Translations under genes and position numbers: made by a program | NCBI RefSeq assembly: GCF_031316635.1 | Contig: NZ_VKPU01000004.1 | Source of the DNA: Bacillus mojavensis | Lineage (GTDB): Bacteria; Bacillota; Bacilli; Bacillales; Bacillaceae | Reading direction: 5' to 3' (one strand) | Length of the DNA stretch: 24,000 nt | Shown here: positions 8,882 through 17,071 of the stretch, one piece after another | Layout of the letters: the number at the start of each line of letters is the position of its first letter | Position numbering within the stretch: the stretch's first letter is position 1 | Notes under the pieces: model-generated | Database searches by the model: none | What the model saw: the letters and a program-made list of their open reading frames with translations, nothing else | Told to the model about the DNA's origin: nothing

Positions 8882-10331
8882 CTAAAAAATAATCAATATA
8901 TCTTTTTGAATCAACGATAATTGATACATCTGTCTGCATGCCATTTTTTAAATGTATTTTTGTTCCGTTATCTTTAACAATTTCTTTGCTTTCTATCGTG
9001 CTTTCAGCAATATAAAATTTTTGCCCGTTTTGATCACTAATACTGTCTGGACTTATTTTTGTAATGACACCTTTAATGGTTTGATTTGTATTTTCAATAT
9101 GGAATCTAACCTTATCTTTTTCATTAATATTTGTGATCTCATGACTCGGAATATAAATGTTACCTTTAAGCTTCTCTTTATCAGGGACAATAGTCAAAAT
9201 AGCAGTGCCTGCTTGTAAATTGTCACCTGGAGATATATTTGTTAATACATTAACATAGCCATCACTTGTTGCTTTTATTTTATATTTTTCTAATTGTAAA
9301 TCTATCATCTTTAGATCATCTTCTCTTGATTTAAGAGTGGTCTGAAGATCTGTTTGCTTTTGAGATGTTTGATTTAGCAAGTTTGTTTTGAGTTGCTCAA
9401 TTGAAAGCTTATAATTTGTTTGCTCTGAGTTATCGGAATCACTGTCAAAATCGTTACTTTTCATTGAACTGTTAATCTCATCAAGAGATTGATTTAATTC
9501 GTCTTTTTCTTCACTTAGTTTTACTAACATATCTTGTTTTAAACTTTCTAGCTGTCCGTTCAGATTCTCTTTCTGCTGTGAAAAACTGTTTTTATCGAGC
9601 TCATCTTTCATCTTCTGTAGATCATCAAGCTGCTGCGCCACATTTTGTTTGTTAGTTTGATAACTATTATAGTAAGAACTATACTTATCATCCTGTTTGG
9701 CAAAGGATTTATTGTTTTTAATGGAGTCTTGCAGATCAGAAATTCGTCGAAGCTTTAATTCCACTTTGTTTTTTTTCTTATCGAGACTATTTTTTGCGGT
9801 TTTTTTCTGCTTCTCAAGTTTATTCTGTTGAGTTTTTGCATTTTCTTCTGATGACTCTAACAAATTACTCTGTTTTTTGTAAGAGAGATATTGATCTTGA
9901 TAACCCCAATGATCATCCTCACTGAATAAGTTTTTGTCATTTTCAATACTTTTTTTTAGAGTTTTGTTTAACGCAGCTTGTTCTTTTAAATCTTTGATAT
10001 CTGCTTTAACCGCCTTTTTCTGCGCTTGAATTTCAGTATTTTCTAGCGTAAGCAGTGTATCTCCCTTTTGTACCTTATCAACTTGTTTAAAAGTAACTGT
10101 CTTTACTTTCCCGGCTACTTCGTTTGTTACGTTGCTGTCAGGTATAGTATATTGGATGTCAGCTGTTGTTTTTAGAATCACTTCTTTCTTTCCATAGAAA
10201 CTAAAAACAATAACAGCTATTAATAAGGCCATGAGTAAATAGACAAAGATTAGACCAATTGGTTTTGGTTTTGATTCATAGAGTTCTCTGCTGTCTTTTA
10301 ATTCTTCTATATTAAAAAAGTTATATTTCAT
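8862..10331 (-). CDS. HlyD/membrane-fusion-type bacteriocin export accessory protein
   Basis: 489 aa: one N-terminal TM (IGLIFVYLLMALLIAVIVFSFYG), about 270 aa Lys/Gln/Leu-rich coiled coil, then lipoyl/beta-barrel motif (KATSDGYVNVLTNISPGDNLQAGTAILTIVP). Starts 2 nt after the ABC gene stop. Confidence 0.85.
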   Translation of the reverse strand: MKYNFFNIEELKDSRELYESKPKPIGLIFVYLLMALLIAVIVFSFYGKKEVILKTTADIQYTIPDSNVTNEVAGKVKTVTFKQVDKVQKGDTLLTLENTEIQAQKKAVKADIKDLKEQAALNKTLKKSIENDKNLFSEDDHWGYQDQYLSYKKQSNLLESSEENAKTQQNKLEKQKKTAKNSLDKKKNKVELKLRRISDLQDSIKNNKSFAKQDDKYSSYYNSYQTNKQNVAQQLDDLQKMKDELDKNSFSQQKENLNGQLESLKQDMLVKLSEEKDELNQSLDEINSSMKSNDFDSDSDNSEQTNYKLSIEQLKTNLLNQTSQKQTDLQTTLKSREDDLKMIDLQLEKYKIKATSDGYVNVLTNISPGDNLQAGTAILTIVPDKEKLKGNIYIPSHEITNINEKDKVRFHIENTNQTIKGVITKISPDSISDQNGQKFYIAESTIESKEIVKDNGTKIHLKNGMQTDVSIIVDSKRYIDYFLDVLHLR

Positions 10332-10333
10332 AA

Positions 10334-12526
10334 CTAATTAGTCACCAACTTTTCTGATGACGTTTGATTATCCCACAAATTAAAATATTTACCTTCTAAG
10401 CATATTAATTCCTGGTGATTACCTTGTTCTAAGACTTCTCCGTTTTCAATTACAAAAATTTTGTCGCAATTTTTTACTATACTTAATCTATGAGCAATTA
10501 TTATAGCGGTAATATCTTTTGAAAGGTTTCTAATAACTTTAGAAATCTCTATCTCAGTTAACGAGTCTAAATTACTTGTCGATTCATCCATTATTAGAAT
10601 AGAAGGTTTTCTTAGCAATGCCCGTGCAATTGCAAGTCTTTGTTTTTGGCCACCGGACAAATTTGATCCATTTTCTTCAATAACTGTTTCGTAGCGGAAG
10701 GGTAGATCATTGATAAAGTCATGAATCATTGTTAATTTACAAATTTTAACTATTTCTTCAAAAGTATAAGACTTTGAAGATCCTAATAATAAATTCTCAA
10801 TAATTGTTCCATTGAAAAAATAAGGTTCTTGTGGTATGTAACTAATTGCTTCCCTTAAAGTAGTTATACTTATATCTTTTAAATTATTTTCGTTAATTAA
10901 AATATCTCCACTTTCTACCTTATAAAAATTCATTAACAGTTTGGCTAGAGTAGACTTACCGGATCCGCTTTCTCCTACAAAAGCAACCTTTTCTCCAGAT
11001 TTTATATTTAAAGTAACCTCGTTTAATATTTTTCTTTTTAAATCATATTGAAAACTGACTTTATTGAATTGAATAGGCCCTTTTATTAGTTCAGTATTAG
11101 TTATTTTAGTTCTAGCATTTTCCGTGTTTATTAGTTCTGGCTCTATCTCTAGAACTTCTTCTAGTCTTTTGGAAGCAACAGTAGCTGATTGGAGTTTAGA
11201 TTGTAAACCAAGTAAACTTTGCAAAGGATCAAAAAAGTAAACTAGTAAAGCATTATAAGCAATAAGTTGTCCGATTGAAAGGTTGCCTTTCATCACTTGA
11301 ATTGATCCTATCCAAAGGATAACAATGCCGCTTGTTAAATCAATAAAAACTTTTATCGAATTTTGGAAGTTATCAAGAACTCCATGTTTATATGCTGATC
11401 GTAGATATTTTACTAATTTTTTTTCTGTATCAGCAGTTACTTTATATTCGGCATTGTGAGCTTTAATTGTTTCCATGCCCTCTAGATAATCAACAATTGT
11501 AGAAGTTAGTTGTGCATTATTCTCCATTTCTTCATCATTTATCCTATGATAGGGTTTTACAAATAAAAGTACCACAAATATATATACAGGGACTATTGCT
11601 AAAACAACAAAGAATAAAGTTGAATTCTGCAAAAATAAAAATATTCCAGCTAACAGAAGCATAAATGTATCTAGAAATACAGAAATAGAAACACTTGCAA
11701 TTGCATCAATTACTTTCGTAGCATCATTAAATCGTGATATAATCTCTCCTATTTTTCTGGTATTGAAAAATTTCATAGGGAGTTTTACTACATGTTTAAA
11801 GTATCCAAACATGATTGATATACTCAATTTTTGCCCTAAAATAATCATGAGATATTGCCTGAATGCAGTTAAAACTACTTTAAATAAAAACATTATCAGC
11901 ATTCCTATAGAAAGGATGTGTAAAGTTCCTACTGAATTGTTAGGCAAGATATCGTCAATTATGTACTGAAAATAAAAAGCCCCCGTAATACCGAGGATTG
12001 TTATAATTAATGAAGTTAAAATTGTATGGATTATAAGCGATTTTTGATGTGCTATCAAGCGAAAAATATCTTGCTTTACTGTACTTCTCTCGTTATATTC
12101 CTTATAATTTGCTGCAGGGAGCATTAGTAGTAATACTCCAGTCCATATGCTTAAAAATTCTTCTTTTGTATACCTTACTAATCCCCTTCCAGGATCCGCT
12201 ATAATTATTTCGTTTTTTTTGATTTTATGAATAACAACGTAATGCATTAAATTACCATCAAGAACGACATGAGCAATAGCAGGTAGCCCAAAGGGTTGAT
12301 CTAAAACTGTATGATCTCCCCTGACCCCTTTGGCGGAAAAACCCAACTTTTCTGCAGCTTTAACTATACCTAAAGCGCTTGTTCCCTCTTGATTTGTGCC
12401 AGCAATGTCACGAATTTTCGACAAAGAAATTCGTGATCCATAATGCCTTAAAATTGTAGCTAAACATGCTGCTCCACAATCTTTTTCATCAAGTTGTTTT
12501 ACACAATGATACTTTTTAAATAGCAT
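10334..12526 (-). CDS. C39-peptidase-containing bacteriocin ABC transporter (leader cleavage and export)
   Basis: C39 Cys motif QLDEKDCGAACLATILRHYG, His/Asp region MHYVVIH...IIIADPG, TM domain, Walker A GESGSGKST, signature NLSGGQKQR, Walker B ILIMDE. SD ggag before ATG 12526 gives 730 aa (track 734). Confidence 0.95.
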   Translation of the reverse strand: MLFKKYHCVKQLDEKDCGAACLATILRHYGSRISLSKIRDIAGTNQEGTSALGIVKAAEKLGFSAKGVRGDHTVLDQPFGLPAIAHVVLDGNLMHYVVIHKIKKNEIIIADPGRGLVRYTKEEFLSIWTGVLLLMLPAANYKEYNERSTVKQDIFRLIAHQKSLIIHTILTSLIITILGITGAFYFQYIIDDILPNNSVGTLHILSIGMLIMFLFKVVLTAFRQYLMIILGQKLSISIMFGYFKHVVKLPMKFFNTRKIGEIISRFNDATKVIDAIASVSISVFLDTFMLLLAGIFLFLQNSTLFFVVLAIVPVYIFVVLLFVKPYHRINDEEMENNAQLTSTIVDYLEGMETIKAHNAEYKVTADTEKKLVKYLRSAYKHGVLDNFQNSIKVFIDLTSGIVILWIGSIQVMKGNLSIGQLIAYNALLVYFFDPLQSLLGLQSKLQSATVASKRLEEVLEIEPELINTENARTKITNTELIKGPIQFNKVSFQYDLKRKILNEVTLNIKSGEKVAFVGESGSGKSTLAKLLMNFYKVESGDILINENNLKDISITTLREAISYIPQEPYFFNGTIIENLLLGSSKSYTFEEIVKICKLTMIHDFINDLPFRYETVIEENGSNLSGGQKQRLAIARALLRKPSILIMDESTSNLDSLTEIEISKVIRNLSKDITAIIIAHRLSIVKNCDKIFVIENGEVLEQGNHQELICLEGKYFNLWDNQTSSEKLVTN

Positions 12527-12595
12527 TTTTTTCTCCAATAATTACTGAAAGTGAAATATTTATAATGAAAAAATTATATTTTCATAGGTGAAAGT

Positions 12596-12841
12596 TCATT
12601 TGCTTTTTAATTGATTTAGTTTTGCCTCAAGAAGTGTATAAAAATATGTTCCTACAAAACACAAAATTGCTATTACGGACAAGTCCATACATGCACCTAA
12701 GTAATCATGGGTCCTAAAGTAGGAATAAAAATCTTTATAATGCATGCCGCAAAAAATGAAAAAGAATGGCAAGCCCCATCCAAGTAAATTTAGTTTAAAA
12801 TCCTTTTTAGTCATTTTCTTCAAATTAAACACCCATCTCAT
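12596..12841 (-). CDS. Small two-TM membrane protein, candidate bacteriocin immunity protein
   Basis: LLGWGLPFFFIFCGM and CMDLSVIAILCFVGTYFYTLLEAKL hydrophobic segments; lies between prepeptide genes and exporter. Start uncertain (ATG 12841 or ATG 12814, MTKKDFKLN...). Confidence 0.7.
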   Translation of the reverse strand: MRWVFNLKKMTKKDFKLNLLGWGLPFFFIFCGMHYKDFYSYFRTHDYLGACMDLSVIAILCFVGTYFYTLLEAKLNQLKSK

Positions 12842-12853
12842 TATTCTTAAATC

Positions 12854-12886
12854 AAATTATCCCTCTTCGAAGAAGAGAGATAATTT
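12854..12886 (-). promoter_or_regulatory. Strong intercistronic hairpin after the prepeptide genes
   Basis: aaattatc-c-ctcttc-gaa-gaagag-a-gataattt: 8-bp arm, single mismatch, 6-bp arm, 3-nt loop, with no poly-U run following on the minus strand. Confidence 0.7.
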
Positions 12887-12893
12887 ACTATAA

Positions 12894-13142
12894 TTAATGA
12901 CGAATTGATTTATAGACACCATAGCCTGCACCAATGGCTCCCCCAAGAATCATGCCACCAACTATACTAGAACCTCCGGATACAGGAGCGCCTACCATAC
13001 CGCGAATAAGTCCTTTACCTGCTCCTGTAATAGCACCACCTACAGCACCACCTACAGCATCACGTGCTACTGTTTTCCAGCCTCCTCCGTCTATTTCTAG
13101 TAATTCTTGTTCATTTAGTTCTAAACAATTTAAGTTTTTCAA
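12894..13142 (-). CDS. Double-glycine-leader bacteriocin prepeptide B (Gly/Ala-rich)
   Basis: MKNLNCLELNEQELLEIDGG|GWKTVARDAVGGAVGGAITGAGKGLIRGMVGAPVSGGSSIVGGMILGGAIGAGYGVYKSIRH. Canonical leader positions L-12, E-8, L-7, I-4, G-2, G-1. AGGAGG is 7 nt before TTG 13142. Confidence 0.88.
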   Translation of the reverse strand: MKNLNCLELNEQELLEIDGGGWKTVARDAVGGAVGGAITGAGKGLIRGMVGAPVSGGSSIVGGMILGGAIGAGYGVYKSIRH

Positions 13143-13181
13143 CAATATACCCTCCTATATTATGTTAATATGTATACTTTA

Positions 13182-13412
13182 TCAATCCCCAGTAATCAAA
13201 TATTTTACTGAGCTTCCGATTGCTCCGAAATGAGCTCCTACAAAAGCGCCTGCAGGGCCAGCAATTAAAGCGCCTGATCCGGCGGAGAAGGCAGTACCTG
13301 TTAATAACGTTTTAGCATAACCTTTAGCCGAATACTTACCTCCATCGATATTCATCAGTTCTTTTTCATCTAAAGCAATAAAGTTTGTATTCAGATCTTT
13401 TTCAACAGACAT
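13182..13412 (-). CDS. Double-glycine-leader bacteriocin prepeptide A (Gly/Ala-rich)
   Basis: MSVEKDLNTNFIALDEKELMNIDGG|KYSAKGYAKTLLTGTAFSAGSGALIAGPAGAFVGAHFGAIGSSVKYLITGD. Leader L-12, E-8, L-7, I-4, GG. Strong SD AAAAGGAGG before ATG 13412; the track start at 13433 is upstream of this SD. Confidence 0.9.
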   Translation of the reverse strand: MSVEKDLNTNFIALDEKELMNIDGGKYSAKGYAKTLLTGTAFSAGSGALIAGPAGAFVGAHFGAIGSSVKYLITGD

Positions 13413-13456
13413 TTGAAAAAACCTCCTTTTCATAAATATATCGACGTCGCAAAAAG

Positions 13457-13485
13457 ATTATATAGAAAAAATATACATAAATCAA
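13457..13485 (-). promoter_or_regulatory. Predicted sigma-A promoter of the bacteriocin operon
   Basis: Minus strand TTGATT (13485-13480), 17-bp spacer, TATAAT (13462-13457), about 45 nt upstream of prepeptide A ATG. Confidence 0.75.
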
Positions 13486-13740
13486 CATTTTATTTCAATT
13501 TTATGATCTTATATAACTGTTTATATGTATTTTTATAGACTTAAATACCCCCAAAAAGTTCGTGAGAATTCATCTTTAATAAATATTTAGGATTAAGTTT
13601 AGTTTGGATTTTTCAGGTTGCTCAATTATTATAAAGTAGTTAACCCTACATAAAATCACTATGGTTTTTTCTGATTATCTGTACAATTTTATTTACCTTA
13701 TATTAAATAAGACGAGTCTAAGATTATTAAAATAAACGTA

Positions 13741-13769
13741 ATAAAAAGAGAGAGGGACATTCCCTCTCT
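13741..13769 (-). terminator. yxbG terminator
   Basis: Minus strand agagagggaatgtccctctctcttttta: 9-bp... arms agagaggga/tccctctct around 3-nt loop, then T-run. Confidence 0.82.
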
Positions 13770-14587
13770 TACTTCTCTTCCTTCCATTTTTCATCAATCA
13801 GCATCTTCCCAGGCCATGTATACGCCATGATGCCGCCGTCTGCGGTGATGTCTTCGCCTGTGACGTATGAGCTGTCGTCAGATGCGAGGAACAGTGCCAC
13901 CGTCGCCATTTCCTTCGGTTTGCCGAGTCGGCCGAGCGGCGTGATCCATTTGTTGGCTTCGCGGAATTTCTCGCCCATTTCCTGTTCCTTGGTGCCAGCT
14001 AATTTGTCAATCAGCGGCGTTTCAATCGTACCCGGTGAGATGGAATTGACCCGAATGCCGTTTCTTGCGTAATCAATTGCCATCGCTCTTGTCAGGTTTG
14101 TGATACCGCCTTTTGCGGCGTTATAGCCGGAGCGGTCAAGGTCCGCAGCCCTGCCTGACATGGAGGAGGTGTTGATGATGGAGCCTCCTTTTTCGAGCAT
14201 GAGCGGAATCAGGTATTTGCTGCAAAGGAACGTGCCGCGCAGATCGACTGCGATAATGCGGTCAAACAGGTCAACGGGATATTCGTGGACTTTGCCGCCT
14301 TCCTGATCGACGCCGGCGTTGTTAAAGAGAATATCAATTGTGCCGTACGCGTCTTTGAGTTGATCAGCAAATTGTTTCACATTTTCTTCATCTGACACAT
14401 CAAGATGAAAAGCCTCAGCCTGTCCTCCGTTTTGTCTGATCGCTTCGACTGTCTCTTTCATTTGATCTTCATTAATGTCGCCGACAATCACACGCGCGCC
14501 TTCATTGGCAAAAACCTCTGCCGTTGCTTGTCCAATGCCTGTCGCAGCGCCTGTGATCACAGCTGTTTTGTTTTCTAATCTTCCCAT
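13769..14587 (-). CDS. yxbG: Short-chain dehydrogenase/reductase
   Basis: 272 aa; TGAATGIGQA, NNAG, YNAAK motifs; SD aaggagg upstream. Confidence 0.87.
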   Translation of the reverse strand: MGRLENKTAVITGAATGIGQATAEVFANEGARVIVGDINEDQMKETVEAIRQNGGQAEAFHLDVSDEENVKQFADQLKDAYGTIDILFNNAGVDQEGGKVHEYPVDLFDRIIAVDLRGTFLCSKYLIPLMLEKGGSIINTSSMSGRAADLDRSGYNAAKGGITNLTRAMAIDYARNGIRVNSISPGTIETPLIDKLAGTKEQEMGEKFREANKWITPLGRLGKPKEMATVALFLASDDSSYVTGEDITADGGIMAYTWPGKMLIDEKWKEEK

Positions 14588-14703
14588 TACAAGAATCCTC
14601 CTTTTTTATTTGTCTTCCCGCTGTGTGCAGTGATAAACATGTGAAAAAAGTAATACCTGCATATGGTAAGATGAATGAGAAATTGTGGGAGGTTTTATGT
14701 GTT

Positions 14704-14955
14704 TTGAAGATACAGCATAAGAAGGAACTCAAATTTTATTGTCTTGTCACGATTCCGGCTGCGTTTGCTGTGCTGACTGTCATCTCTTTTTTATTGAAAG
14801 AGATTACGTTTCCGGTTACAGCTAGCGCACTTCTGAATGCGTCATGGCATAATCTATTGTTTCTGATACCGTTCTGTTTGTTTTTCTATCCGGTGCATAT
14901 TTGGATGAAGCGGGAGTTTGGCCGTTGGAATGATGCAGGACAAAAGAGAGGCTGA
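14704..14955 (+). CDS. yxcA: Small membrane protein of unknown function
   Basis: Two hydrophobic segments (FYCLVTIPAAFAVLTVISFLL; HNLLFLIPFCLFFYPVHIW). gggagg precedes an in-frame TTG 14704; track start is 14623. Confidence 0.65.
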   Translation: MKIQHKKELKFYCLVTIPAAFAVLTVISFLLKEITFPVTASALLNASWHNLLFLIPFCLFFYPVHIWMKREFGRWNDAGQKRG

Positions 14956-15061
14956 TCCTCTCTTTTTCTTATCCGATTGTCTAGAAAAAATAGTGAAAAC
15001 TCACCCAACTAATGTTAAATTGACATATATATGCATCTATCGTTCTTTGATGAAAACCATA

Positions 15062-15090
15062 TTGACAGAAGTCATCATTTGTGATAAATA
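15062..15090 (+). promoter_or_regulatory. Predicted sigma-A promoter of htpG
   Basis: ttgaca-N17-taaata, followed by gaaaaga at 15097-15103, which resembles the GAAAAGG element remembered from B. subtilis htpG. Confidence 0.6.
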
Positions 15091-15144
15091 GATGCTGAAA
15101 AGAGTTTACATAACATCACAAAGCATGAAAAAGGAGCGAGCGGA

Positions 15145-17025
15145 ATGGCCAAAAAAGAGTTTAAAGCAGAGTCCAAACGGCTGCTGGATATGATGATTAA
15201 TTCCATTTACACCCAAAAAGAAATTTTTCTGCGCGAGTTAATTTCCAATGCGAGTGACGCGATTGACAAAATCTATTACAAAGCGCTGACTGATGATGCG
15301 CTAACCTTCGATAAAGACAATTACTACATAAAAGTTGCGGCTGACAAAGGTGCGAGAACGCTGACAATCACGGATACAGGGATCGGAATGACAAAGGACG
15401 AACTTGAACAGCACCTCGGTACGATCGCCAAAAGCGGCTCTCTTGCGTTTAAAAAAGAAAACGAACTGAAGGACGGCCATGACATCATCGGGCAATTCGG
15501 TGTCGGATTTTATGCGGCGTTTATGGTTGCCGACGTGGTGACCGTTATCAGTAAGGCGCTCGGCAGTGAAGAAGCGTATAAATGGGAGTCTGCAGGCGCG
15601 GACGGCTACACAATTGAGCCGTGTGAAAAGGATTCTGTCGGCACAGACATTATTCTGAAGATCAAAGAGAACACGGAAGATGAGAGCTATGATGAATTTT
15701 TAGAAGAATATCGTTTAAAAGCAATCATCAAAAAGTACTCCGACTTCATTCGCTACCCGATCAAAATGGATACAACAGTTAACAAGCCGAAGGAAGGCAG
15801 CGAGAATGAATTTGAAGAGGTGCAGGAAGAACAGACGGTCAACAGCATGGTGCCGATCTGGAGAAAAAACAAGAGCGAGCTGACAGATGAGGACTATGAA
15901 ACGTTCTATTCTGAAAAGCATTACGGATTTGATAAACCGCTCACACATGTTCATATCAGTGTGGATGGTGCCGTTCGTTACAACGCGATTCTATTTATTC
16001 CTGAAAACATGCCGTTTGACTATTACTCTAAGGAATATGAGAAAGGCTTGGAGCTGTATTCCAACGGCGTGCTGATTATGAACAAATGCGCGGATCTGCT
16101 GCCGGACCACTTCAGCTTTGTAAAGGGTATGGTCGATTCTGAGGATCTGTCGCTGAACATTTCCAGAGAAATGCTGCAGCATGACCGCCAGCTGAAGCTG
16201 ATTGCGAAAAACATCAGCAAAAAGATCAAAAGCGAGCTGCAGAGCCTGCTGAAAAAAGACAGAGAAAAATATGAGACCTTCTACAAATCATTCGGCAGAC
16301 AGCTGAAGTTCGGCGTGTACAATGATTTTGGCGCGAATAAAGATCAATTGAAGGATCTCTTATTATTCTACTCTTCCAAAGAGAAAAAACTGGTCAGCCT
16401 AGACGAGTATGTATCCAGAATGCCTGAAGAACAGAAATATATTTACTACGCGACCGGTGATTCATACGATCGCATTGAAAAACTGCCGCAAACGGAAATG
16501 GTAGCGGACAAAGGCTATGAAATTCTTTACTTTACAGAGGATATTGATGAATTTGCGATCAAGATGCTCGCTTCATATCAAGAAAAAGAGTTTAAATCTG
16601 TATCAAGCGGCGACCTTGGCATCGATTCAGATGAGGATCAAAAGCAGTCTGAAGAAGAAGAAAGCAAATACAAGGATCTGTTTGAGGAAATGAAAAATAT
16701 ACTGTCCGGCAAAGTGAAAAACGTCAGAGTATCCAAACGCCTCAAATCTCATCCGGTCTGCCTTGCAGCTGATGGTGAAGTGACAATCGAGATGGAAAAA
16801 ATCTTAAATGCGATGCCGGACAGCCAAAATGTAAAAGCGGACAAAGTGCTGGAAATCAACCCGAATCACGAGGTATTCAACACGCTGCAGAACGCTTTCG
16901 AACAAGATAAAGAGAAACTAAGCCTGTACACATATCTCCTGTACAATCAGGCGCTTCTGATCGAAGGTCTGCCAATTCAGGACCCTGTGGAATTTACGAA
17001 CAATATGTGCAAAGTAATGGTGTAA
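15145..17025 (+). CDS. htpG: HSP90-family chaperone HtpG
   Basis: 626 aa; [39 protein letters not shown] and SREMLQHDR motifs. Confidence 0.97.
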   Translation: MAKKEFKAESKRLLDMMINSIYTQKEIFLRELISNASDAIDKIYYKALTDDALTFDKDNYYIKVAADKGARTLTITDTGIGMTKDELEQHLGTIAKSGSLAFKKENELKDGHDIIGQFGVGFYAAFMVADVVTVISKALGSEEAYKWESAGADGYTIEPCEKDSVGTDIILKIKENTEDESYDEFLEEYRLKAIIKKYSDFIRYPIKMDTTVNKPKEGSENEFEEVQEEQTVNSMVPIWRKNKSELTDEDYETFYSEKHYGFDKPLTHVHISVDGAVRYNAILFIPENMPFDYYSKEYEKGLELYSNGVLIMNKCADLLPDHFSFVKGMVDSEDLSLNISREMLQHDRQLKLIAKNISKKIKSELQSLLKKDREKYETFYKSFGRQLKFGVYNDFGANKDQLKDLLLFYSSKEKKLVSLDEYVSRMPEEQKYIYYATGDSYDRIEKLPQTEMVADKGYEILYFTEDIDEFAIKMLASYQEKEFKSVSSGDLGIDSDEDQKQSEEEESKYKDLFEEMKNILSGKVKNVRVSKRLKSHPVCLAADGEVTIEMEKILNAMPDSQNVKADKVLEINPNHEVFNTLQNAFEQDKEKLSLYTYLLYNQALLIEGLPIQDPVEFTNNMCKVMV

Positions 17026-17030
17026 GAATA

Positions 17031-17069
17031 AAAAAAGGGAATCGTCCAAATGAGACGATTCCTTTTTTT
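17031..17069. terminator. Bidirectional terminator between htpG and csbC
   Basis: aaaaaaggggaatcgtc-type arms: ggaatcgtc / gacgattcc (17038-17062) flanked by A-run and T-run. Confidence 0.88.
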
Positions 17070-17071
17070 AT

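Noticed and set aside
12934-13233. 99-aa plus-strand ORF (MAPPRIMPPTILEPPDTGAPT...)
   Set aside because: Exactly antisense to both prepeptide genes. Its Pro/Ala-rich sequence is the expected complement of Gly/Ala codons, and it has no RBS.
8862-13412. Lantibiotic, sactipeptide or glycocin system
   Set aside because: No LanB/C/M, radical SAM or glycosyltransferase gene is present, and neither predicted mature peptide has Cys.
8539-13768. Transposon, prophage or integron origin for the bacteriocin cassette
   Set aside because: I found no transposase, integrase, obvious terminal inverted repeats, target-site duplication or tRNA in or beside the block, so a specific mobile element cannot be supported; acquisition by homologous exchange stays possible.
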